DNA from: Octopus sinensis
Lineage: Eukaryota
Assembly: GCF_006345805.1 (NCBI RefSeq)
Contig: NC_043015.1
Location: 35,650,001-35,714,000 of the forward strand
DNA: 64,000 nt
Direction: 5' to 3'
Positions 54,130 through 64,000 of the stretch are shown one piece after another (positions within the stretch are counted from its first letter, which is position 1; every line of letters begins with the position of its first letter). The notes beneath the pieces were generated by a model. That model searched no databases. It was not told the DNA's origin and saw only the letters and a list, made by a program, of their open reading frames with translations. The translations under genes were made by a program, and so were the position numbers.

Positions 54130-54580
54130 GGGTGCATTAAATTGCCTCTTGTTGTCCTCAGCCCATTTATACATGGCATCTAGGTTTTTGTGTAGAAGAT
54201 TAGCACAAGAAGGTTCCTTTACTGTTTGTGGTATCGGTACAGCTAGTAAGCGTGGTTGTCTGTGTACCTGAAGCGGTGTCTGAAAGAGTCACCATGAACA
54301 ACAGCGGCCCCAATAAAAATCCTAGAGGCGCACCTATTACTGTCTTCTTGGAGAGGGATCTGCTGGCTGCTGCAGTTTGGCTTCTTTCATTTAAGAAGTC
54401 ATACAACCTCTCTCCAATCTTCCCAGTTATGCCGAACCTCCGTAGTTTGTGACATAACCTCCCATGATCAGCCTTATCAAAGCCTTTGCCTAGTCGAGAT
54501 ATATCACATCCACATTTTGAGCGATTCATTGTTTCAACACCCAGTCATAATGCTGCAAAAGCTGTGTAAGACAGCTTCTT
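54130..54580 (-). mobile_element. CR1-clade LINE RT fragment
   Basis: KGFDKADHGRLCHKLRRFGITGKIG..LYDFL..RSQ...GAPLGFLLGPLLF. Confidence 0.85.
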
Positions 54581-55406
54581 CCTACATATGTACTTGTATG
54601 TATGTATGTATGTATGTATGTATGTATGTATGTATGCATGTATGTATGTATGTGTGTATGTATGTATGTATGTATGTATGTATGTATAAAAGTATGTATG
54701 TTTGCGTGTATCTGATCATGCATATGTATTTTGTATGTGTGTGTGTGGTGTGTGTGTGTTGTGTGTGTGTGTGTGTGGTGTGTGTGGTGTGTGTGTGTAT
54801 ATATATGCGAGTGTGAACGTGTGCATGTGTGTGTATGTCTGTGTGTGTATGTATCGCCTTTCCGAAAATTTCCCCTCAAGTAGATATTCTTGATATTCCT
54901 AGCCTAAAGCCTATGTTTTTACTTTTATCAAACTTTCTAAATCCACTCCAACATTTTATACAACTTTCAAGCATCCTTCACTAATTTTCAGTTTTTCTCC
55001 TGAAATTTCTTCAATTTGAAACACTTAAAAACAAAACATTTTCCATATTCTCTTACAAATATATATTGACCATTGCTCCCGCTTAGCGCATCATTTTTAC
55101 ACATATTTTCGCAGATACACATTTGAAGTGTATAGAAACATTTTATCTTAGGAAAACATTAAAAAATAAATCTAGAATTGTTCATAATATTTCACATATT
55201 CAAAGGAAAGAAATAAAAGGTAGAAGCCATCTTGAAACAATCTGGGATTCCTCTCTGCATCAGGGAATAATATGACACTTGAGGCTGTCACAATAGCAAC
55301 ATTTCATAGAATCGAGTGTTCAGCTGAACTACGGCTAATCAACAGCAACAACAGCAACAACAGCAGCAAGTAGAAGAAAAAGAAGAAAATGAAGAACAAC
55401 AACAGC

Positions 55407-55489
<83 letters not shown>

Positions 55490-55490
<1 letters not shown>

Positions 55491-55870
55491 AATCCTATCC
55501 ATTGTTGGCAGAAAAGTTGAACTCCTGGAGGAGGAAGGTTTTCGATTTTATTGATCACCGTACTTGATCGATATAGTGTCGTTATTTCATCGAACCCGAA
55601 CAGATAAACAGCAAACCAAAGTCAATCTCGAAGTAATTTGAATGCGTAACAATCTCTACAAAAAGCGCAAGGCCTTAAATTTCGAGGAGACGGCTTCGAT
55701 TATTTCATTGATACGAATACTGAAGGAGGCACATATCTTATGGATCCGGAATAAATGAACGATAAAGTCTACCGTGGCGGAGTTTGAACTTATAATGTAA
55801 ATAGTAAAGACGGACAAAGTGCCTTTAGCATTTTCTCCGGCGTTTTAACAATTCTGCCAGAACACTGCCT
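55490..55870 (-). mobile_element. decayed SINE family B copies
   Basis: Similar to 48173-48406 (aaagtc...ggcggagtttgaact...ttagcattt..ccggcg...ttctgccag). Confidence 0.65.
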
Positions 55871-56024
55871 TAATAATAATGACAGAAACAGCGATGACGA
55901 GGACAAAAACCGCAACAACAGCAACAACTTCGGCAGCGGCAGCAGCAGCAGCAGCAGCAGCAAAATAATAATTATAATGAGACCAATAATGATTCTAGTA
56001 TTAATAACTGTTATATTTTTTGAG

Positions 56025-56215
56025 CTGGGAGAATCGTTAGCAACCTGGACGAAATGCATATCAGTATTTCGCCTGTCGCTATATTGTGATGTCGACTTTG
56101 CCTTTCATCCTTTCAGGATCGATATAATTAAGTAACAGTGAAACACTGAGGTTGATGTAATCGACTAGTTTCCTTCCCCAAATTTCTGGCCTTGTGCCTT
56201 TATTTTTATTATTAT
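56025..56215 (+). mobile_element. SINE family B
   Basis: gagctgggagaatcgttagca...gtcgactttgcctttcatcctttcaggatcgat. Confidence 0.8.
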
Positions 56216-56981
56216 TGAGTGTGAGGGCAGTACATGCCATCAAAGTGACACTGGGGTAAAATATACGAAGCCCAGTAAACCCATCATGACTACCTGTCTG
56301 ATAAGGGTACACCAAGCACATGCATCATGACCATATGTGCACGACAGGGTGATCTCATATAAAGATTAGCAGCACATGACCTTGCAGGTGGGACCCAGTC
56401 AAATTTTTCTTTGGTCGAGTAACCCATCCCACTCAAAAGGTCCCTGAATAAGGGTTGTTTAAGGATGTTCAACGAACCACCCATGTTTCCAGAGGTGAAT
56501 TATTCAAACCCCAAATAACCCCTCTCAATACATGGCTATGATGCTCCCCCACTACTTCTGCTCGTGATCAGAGATGCACATATCGTCAGCCACTAAGGGA
56601 CATGGTCAACTGGTTATGGTCAAACAACTGACAAGCTAATCTGTGGTATTGAGCAGAATATTTGCTGTAGCACATCTTTTATACCAAGACAAAACAATGT
56701 GCGTGATAACACTTCCTATCAGTTAAGAACTAGTAGCTTTCGATGCCAAGAACCTTTCTAACAATACAGTTTTCTGGAGCTACACTAAACTAGGTTTTAT
56801 GCCTATTTCCTCTCTCCATCTGTTCAAATCTTCGGGAATTCCTAATTCCCTTATGACCAGGGATACATTTCCATAGCCTTTGTAACTCAATGAATAGGTC
56901 TAGTTTCTTTGCTATTTTCTCTTTAACTTCCATCTTGAATGTCAGTTGCCTGGCACATTCTATTCTCTTTGTCATCTACTG

Positions 56982-56985
<4 letters not shown>
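56212..56985 (-). mobile_element. R4/Dong LINE 3' end: RLE remnant plus ~520-nt downstream segment (probable 3' UTR) ending in (AAT)n
   Basis: KEKIAKKLDLFIELQRLW...LQKTVLL/RKVLGI, then continuous sequence to ...cactcaataataat. Confidence 0.7.
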
Positions 56986-57042
<57 letters not shown>

Positions 57043-57065
57043 CACTACTACTACTACTACTACTA

Positions 57066-57100
<35 letters not shown>

Positions 57101-57118
57101 ATACTACTACCACTACTA

Positions 57119-57154
<36 letters not shown>

Positions 57155-57196
57155 ATACTACTACTACTACTACCACCACCACCACAACTACTACTT
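56983..57196. repeat. (CTA)n trinucleotide array
   Basis: Directly visible. Confidence 0.95.
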
Positions 57197-57199
57197 AAC

Positions 57200-57860
57200 A
57201 GGGCCTTCTAGCTTCTTTTACTCTGTCAGTCTGAATGTTAACATACCGCAAATTCTACTTCTAATTTTCTAATATTTTACCAGCTTTGTGTTCATACCAC
57301 TAATCAGCATAGGCAAATCCTAGCTTTCTCCATCGCTGCCAGTGGATTAATCTCCATCGCTTGTCATGTCTTTTCTATTTCTGAGCCGGAATACTACATT
57401 CACTAAATGCATAAGCAAAACTTTCCACCTTTGATTCACGTAAAATACATTAAAAATCAACCGGATTTTTGTCGATCGTAGATTTATCCAATTAGTCTTC
57501 AATATCTTATCTTGTGTTGCTACTAACAAACTTTCTCCCTTTTCAGACTTCCTTTCTGCAACCACAATCCTATCTCACTATTACTATTACATCTTTGGAA
57601 ATCTACCATGCAAAGCTTTCTCTTGTCAGTTAGTCTTGCTTCTTTTACAACTGTTACTCTAGTTGCTCTTCATAAAAGTTTCCCACTTCAAGCTACATGA
57701 CACGCTGTACCTACTCCACTTAACTATTCACAACTTTCTACTGATATTAAACTTTTAGTACCTTTTCTAGATAAATACAATCATGATACTCCTACACTTG
57801 GATGAAGTCATCCAATCATATTGAATTCCATCCTAGTTCTGTTTCGATTTGCTAATTCTG
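57200..57860 (-). mobile_element. R4/Dong LINE fragment
   Basis: ESLLVATQDKILKTNW, LHGRF, LYLSRKG..LISVE-like remnants. Confidence 0.65.
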
Positions 57861-58119
57861 ATTTTGTTTGCACAAGCTCGCGTGCATCGCCCACCTTACG
57901 CAGTCGCTGATAACATCAACTCGGCTACGGCTATCCCGTCCTGTAGGAGAGGAACCGCGGGATAAGAGCAACTGTTTGCGTGCTCACTGAATAGAGTGGT
58001 GGTGCCAGGCTGCCTCTGAGCGATAACGGTTGTACATCTCAAATCTGGACACCGGGTGGTTTTCCAAAATCGTCTCAAACTCAAACAGTTACCCTGTCTT
58101 AGATATTCTTAATGCTAAT

Positions 58120-58520
58120 GGGTTAAACACAACAAGAATCTTTTAGAGAATCGGCACTTTGGATCTAATCCGTCTTTCATCACATTGACTTGGTAGTTCC
58201 TGATCAATAAACTTTGAAACTGAGCAGCTAAGATGAAACCTTCGCTCTCTGCCTTTTAGCCCTAAGCACTGTGACCATTGGTGAGTTTCTGGTTAACATC
58301 AACTTATTGGCTACGGGCTACATATTTGCCATGCAGACATTTCTGCGATCACTTTTCAGCCAATTGCTATTAATTTAACCGCCTTCCCAACCACAGTTGC
58401 CACACTTACATCATGCCGTACAGCCTGGGTATCATGCCTGCACTCAATGGCAAAATCTTTCCTGTCCTGCTCGACAGAATTCTGCTTCTTTCGCCTTTCA
58501 TGAGATTCAGGGAGATTTAG
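58120..58520 (-). mobile_element. R4/Dong LINE fragment
   Basis: LHGKY...KAESEGFILAAQFQSLLIRNYQVNVMKDGLDPKCRF. Confidence 0.75.
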
Positions 58521-58932
58521 CATTTAATCGTTAGAGGTTTCAAGACATTAGGCCAGTCCAGTTGTGGTGGTTTTGTAAGAGATTTAAAATTAGATCGAGA
58601 CTCATTATTATCATTATCATTATCACCATTATTATGGTAACGATGGTGATAGTCATAGTAGGAGTGGTGTAGGTGGTGTTTTGTTGTTATTCTGACCACA
58701 GTAAAAAAGAAAAAACTGCAATGGGAGATTCTAAACATCAGCACGTCAAATTTTTCATACTAGCATGATTGGAAATACTATTAGACTGCTATTTCTATGA
58801 AGCAGATGCCTTCACTTGATACTCGTCTGTTCCGTTACAGACAAAAGGTATATCAAGTTGTTTATAAATAAATTTTCGAGAGCAATATACAGTGTAAATG
58901 AACCGAACATATTTTTCCAAGCGTCGAATCAA

Positions 58933-59150
58933 CACACATATATATATATATAAACACACATACGCATACGAATATATTCAAGATGCCATATTAAACATCC
59001 ATTCCTTTTACTCAGGAAGAAATAAACATTTAAACTTGGAAAGAAATAAATAAAAGCATTCACAATAGATATGCAGATACCCTCATATATGTAAGTATAT
59101 ATAATGTATACACACACACACACACAACACACACACACACACACACACAC

Positions 59151-59195
<45 letters not shown>

Positions 59196-59389
59196 ACACA
59201 TACGCATACGAAATATATTCAAGATGCCATATTAAACATCCATTCCTTTTACTCAGGAAGAAATAAACATTTAAACTTGGAAAGAAATAAATAAAAGCAT
59301 TCACAATAGATATGCAGATACCCTCATATATGTAAGTATATATATGTATACACACACACACACACACACAACACACACACACACACACC

Positions 59390-59430
<41 letters not shown>
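58933..59430. repeat. tandem duplication, period ~240 bp
   Basis: The unique core taaacacacatacgcatacg...ccctcatatatgtaagtata at 58951-59110 is repeated almost identically at 59191-59350. Confidence 0.95.
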
Positions 59431-59442
<12 letters not shown>

Positions 59443-59655
59443 TATATATATATATATATATATCTATATATATATATATGCATATATGCAGAAAAGTTGA
59501 GAAATAGTTATATTCTAAGTGAGAATGCGGGGTGAGAGAAAATGGCAGAGGGTATGATATAAATGTGGAAATATAATGGATTTTAAATGTTCAGTGGCAT
59601 GGAAAGGTTGACCTGAGGATGATATAAAAATAAATTAAAATAAGAGCGTGAGAGG

Positions 59656-59691
<36 letters not shown>

Positions 59692-60086
59692 CAGAGAGAG
59701 GAGAGACAAATAGAGAGGAGGGGGAGAAGATAACCAAGACAAATGGAAATAAGACAAAAGATAATTCGAAAACAAAATGAAAGAACAATCTAAAGAAGAA
59801 TCGCCCTTAGAAAAGAAAAAAACAAAAAAAAGCGCAGGAATGTGAGAAGAAAGTAATTGGAATTTATTGAGGTTAAAATTGCAATGATTTTCTCCACTAA
59901 CAAAAGAATGGAACTGGAAAGAATAATTCCAGAGTGTGGTTCTTTCAAACTCCAAAAGACACTAAAATAAGTGCAGTGAAGACATGAAATATTATTTGGC
60001 TGAAAGGCAGAATATATTGCATTGCGTTATTATTATTATTATTATTATATTATTATTATTATTATTATATTATTATTATTATTATT

Positions 60087-60119
<33 letters not shown>

Positions 60120-60705
60120 ATTATTATTAATATAGTTGTTATTATTATTATTATTATTACTATTATTATTATTGATGATGTTGTTGCTATTATTACTATC
60201 GTAATATTGTAATTACTGTTGTTGTGGTCGTCGTTGTTGTTGTTATAAACATTCTATTTAGCCAAAAAAAGAAACTCGACACACAATGTTGTTCTTGTGA
60301 ATTACTCACACTCAGGAATGCATAGACCATGTACACACACACACACACTCACGCATGCATGGGTGTGTGTGTTTGTGTGCGCTTGTGCGCATGCACACAT
60401 GCAATTGCTATGCAATATCTACATGTCTATGAGATTTTGCACACTCACACACATATATATAGTATATATGAATGTGTGTATACATATGTGTGTGCTTTGT
60501 TTTCTCTCTTTCCCTCTTCCTCTCTTTCTCTGCCCCCCTCCTCCTCTTCCTCCCTCCACACACGCAGACACACAATTGCATAATATTTAGAAAGTATTTT
60601 GTTTAAAATTCCAGAATCGATTCCATGTTGAATATGAACCAATAAAAACAACTGTATACGAAAAGTGTCTTTACAAACTAATAATGATAACAACAACAAC
60701 AACAT

Positions 60706-60755
<50 letters not shown>

Positions 60756-60767
60756 ATAATAATAATA

Positions 60768-60801
<34 letters not shown>

Positions 60802-60914
60802 TACATAATAATAATAATGACAATAATGCGTTTTAGAACGTTGGGTGTGTCTCGTCATGTGATTGAAACATACATGCAGATTAAAAGTAAATAATAATAA
60901 TAATAATAATTCCT

Positions 60915-61210
60915 ATCCTTCCTGCGGTAGTTACAAGGCCTGAAATATGGGGGAAGGAGATTACCTGTTACATGGATGTCAGGGCTCGGCTGGTACTTAT
61001 TTCTTTTCTTCTCTAGGCACAAGGCTGGAAATTTTTGGGTAGGCGGCCAGTCGATTAGATCGACCCCTGCAGGCAACTGGTACTTATTTCATCGTCACCG
61101 AAATGGTGAAAGGCAAACTTGACATCGGTAGAATTTGAACAAAGGACGTAAAGACAGAGGAAATGCCGCTAAGCATTTAGCCCAGTCTATTAACGATTCT
61201 GCCAGCTCTT
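60915..61210 (-). mobile_element. SINE family B copies
   Basis: ggcacaaggctggaaattttt...tcgacccc...ctggtacttatttcatcg...aaaggcaaa...gaatttgaac...ccgctaagcattt...ttctgccagctc. Confidence 0.8.
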
Positions 61211-61769
61211 GCTATAATTATCATTTTAATAATTATAAGAATGGTTCCAAATTTTGGCACAAGGCCGGCAATTGAAGTGGGGTGGTATTAAGTCACGAAC
61301 ATTGAACCTACTTCTCAATTGATACAGATTTTATCGAAACCCTCCAAGATTATTTCTATTATTGCGATCAATATTCCAGGACGTTGAGGACAATAACGAA
61401 AGACCTAATGTTTTGGCTTGCATCACTCAACAGGAAAATATTATTTAAGTTGATATCAATGCCGATAGAAATGATGATAATGATGCTGATACTGATGACG
61501 AGGAAAATGATGATGATGATGATGATGATGATTTTGGATAATTGTTTTAGGTGTACATACAATCAAGGAGAGATACAGAGAGACCCTTGGGCATCCATTT
61601 CCAGTAACACAACGAAACATCCATGATGAAAGGAGAGGGAGTTGCTCCAACACCCGGTTACCTTGTTGGTATCTCACGAGTGTGGGCTGAAAAGCTGAAA
61701 AGCTCAAAAGCGGACTATGAAGGAATGATACAGAGCTGTCAAATAATCTTGCATCAATTTCAACCAAAT

Positions 61770-62830
61770 TTTATTAATAGTTGCATTGTTTCTTTTCATG
61801 TAAACTGATATCAAAGAAGACTTCAAAAGTAACTCGAAGGGAATTCTCTTGAAAATATACAAAATTTGGAATCGTGGCGTCATCAAGTATCTTTTAAGAA
61901 AGGGTTTATTCCCGAAGGACATTCATGTTGATTTCTCAATAATTCGAAAGTGAGCAGCTAAATTTAGAAGAGGAAGGGAATGTTTAGAAGATTAGCCAAG
62001 GTCTGGACGTTGTGCCACCACCAAGGAAAACATTGACCGTGTTCACCACATGGTGGCGGATGATTGATCAATAAATCAATTAGTCAACGCTAGTAGCATT
62101 AATTGTGAGAGAGTTGAGAATATTCTGCTCAATGAACTTGGCATGATGAACATTTCTGCTCTGTATGTGCCATCTCCTCTGACAAAAGCACACCAAGCCG
62201 ATCAAATCTTGGGAATGTCTGACATTGTTTGAGACAAATCCAGCTGATTTCCCAAGACAAGATGAACGTTGGCTTCACTTTGAGTCGGACTGAGAGGCAA
62301 TCCATGCAGAGAAAACAGGTCATCTCACCTGTCCAAAGAAGGCCAAGGTCATTTCATCTGCAGGGACGGTGATGCCCTCAGTCTTCTCTAGATTCTAAAT
62401 ACATTGTTTTCATTGACAAAAGGGCCACGCCATCAATGGAGAGTACTATATCAGCTTGCAGTTACGAAAGGCTATCAAGACCAAACGCCCAAGGAAACTG
62501 CGAAAGATGTTTTGATTCCTTAGGACAATACTCGAGCACACAAATCTTTGGTTTCAATGGCTGCCTACTCTCCTGATTTGGCCCCATCTGACTATTATTT
62601 GTTCCAAGTCATGAAAAAGACCCTTGACTGATAGCCAGTATCGCAGTGATGATGATGTCATATCTAATGTTGACGACATTTTTTCACCAGCAGAAGGAAA
62701 GCTTCTTCACAAATGGCGTTGATGCGCTACAAAAAGCGATGGAAGAAATGTGTGGACCGCAAAAGGGGACTATGTTGAAAAATAAACCTCATTTGTTTAC
62801 ATTCCATAACAGGATCCTGGTTTACAGTTG
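61770..62830 (+). mobile_element. degraded mariner transposon (transposase pseudogene ~61850-62785)
   Basis: RGVIKYL..KG, FRRGRECLED*PRSGR, QDERW, KKAKV..SAG.VM, TINGEYY, DN.RAH, YSPDLAPSDYYLF, GDYVEK*. Confidence 0.92.
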
Positions 62831-63569
62831 AATATACAACTGGAGAAATGCGAAATAATGTGAAATTATCAAGAAGTTAACGCAAGGTCCACGAACCGAA
62901 GTCAGGAACTGATGACCACCAAACAAACACACGTAGTCACTATGGCCACTAGAATTCTTTATTTTAGATGCTCGTTTATCGTACTTCGGAGAAAATAACA
63001 ATTATTTTGATCTGTTACAGAAGTTTTTTTGGCAGATCGATCAATCGAAACATTCAAACCCTTCCCTCGAGATCGGTAAAATATAATTGTGATTATGCAA
63101 TGGTCATGCATTTTTCTAATACATTATCTCGACAAGTAAATTGGAGAATGGGGGAAAACTATATCGATTCTCGTCAGAAACTTACCTATTCAACAGCAAT
63201 CCTTTACGGTGGTATCGAGAGTAAAATATCGAATTATGTAATAATGACACACAACAGATTCTGGGATGTCGATAAGAGTAATTAGATTATGAAAGAAACT
63301 GGTATATAACCGGATAAAGACCGAAACACGTACTATATCATTTCCATACACATCCATCTAGCCATACACTCGACAAATTTAATACATGGATGCATTGAGA
63401 GATATGCACCGATTTTATAATCTGTATTCACTCACATATAAACAGATCATTTACGAATTACATACCCACATGCACACCACAAAAGCAACCGTACATACAC
63501 ACATATTTCTATATGTACATATATTTGTAAATCACAGATGCATATGTGATTACATGCATCCATCAGGCT

Positions 63570-63950
63570 ATAGCTTGCTTCCCAACAACATGGTTCCGGG
63601 TTCAGTCTCACGGCATGGTACCTTGAGCAAGTGTTTTCTAATCTATCCTCTTGGCCCACCAATCCTTGTGAATTTGTAGACAGAAATTGAAAAAGGCTTG
63701 TCGTATAAACATATATGTATATGTGCGTGTGTATGTGTGTTTGTGTGTGTGCGTTCGCACGTCTTTAGGTTTCTGCGAATGTCTTCCAACCGGTGTTGGT
63801 GTATTTACTCCCCTGTAACTTAGAATTTCGGCAAAACAGAGTGAAAGAGCAAGTACCAGGCTTAAAATGGAAACAATTGCCGATTCCATTCATCCAACAA
63901 AAAGTTCTGCAAGGCGGTACTCTGCAGAATGGCTTCAGAATAATGACCCA
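63570..63950 (+). mobile_element. SINE family A, colinear copy
   Basis: agcttgcttcccaacaacatggttccgggttcagtc head, internal (TG)n, then caaccggtgttggtgtatttac...taacttag..ttcggcaaaa. Confidence 0.85.
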
Positions 63951-64000
63951 GTCTAGGAAAAGCTAAATGCTAAAAGACATGTGTGTGTTTATATATAAAT

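Overview
AT-rich, repeat-dominated eukaryotic (animal) genomic DNA. The tRNA-derived SINE families and the extreme microsatellite load resemble an Octopus/cephalopod genome (inference from remembered repeat consensus, not a database search). No intact protein-coding gene is visible, and most listed ORFs are microsatellite translation artefacts. The window holds degraded LINEs (RTE, Tx1/L1, CR1, R4/Dong), several Penelope-like element (PLE) remnants (RT and GIY-YIG), two Tc1/mariner remnants (one DD37D), MITEs and many SINEs. The most notable structure is a ~1.2 kb fold-back (17621-18824) with two nearly identical 342/341-bp arms, each carrying a complete type I hammerhead ribozyme. At least six other intact-to-decayed hammerhead-like motifs occur in PLE-like sequence. 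Several minus-strand splice signatures (a candidate first coding exon, a 16-nt micro-exon, a 45-nt exon) hint that the window may lie inside a large intron-rich host gene.
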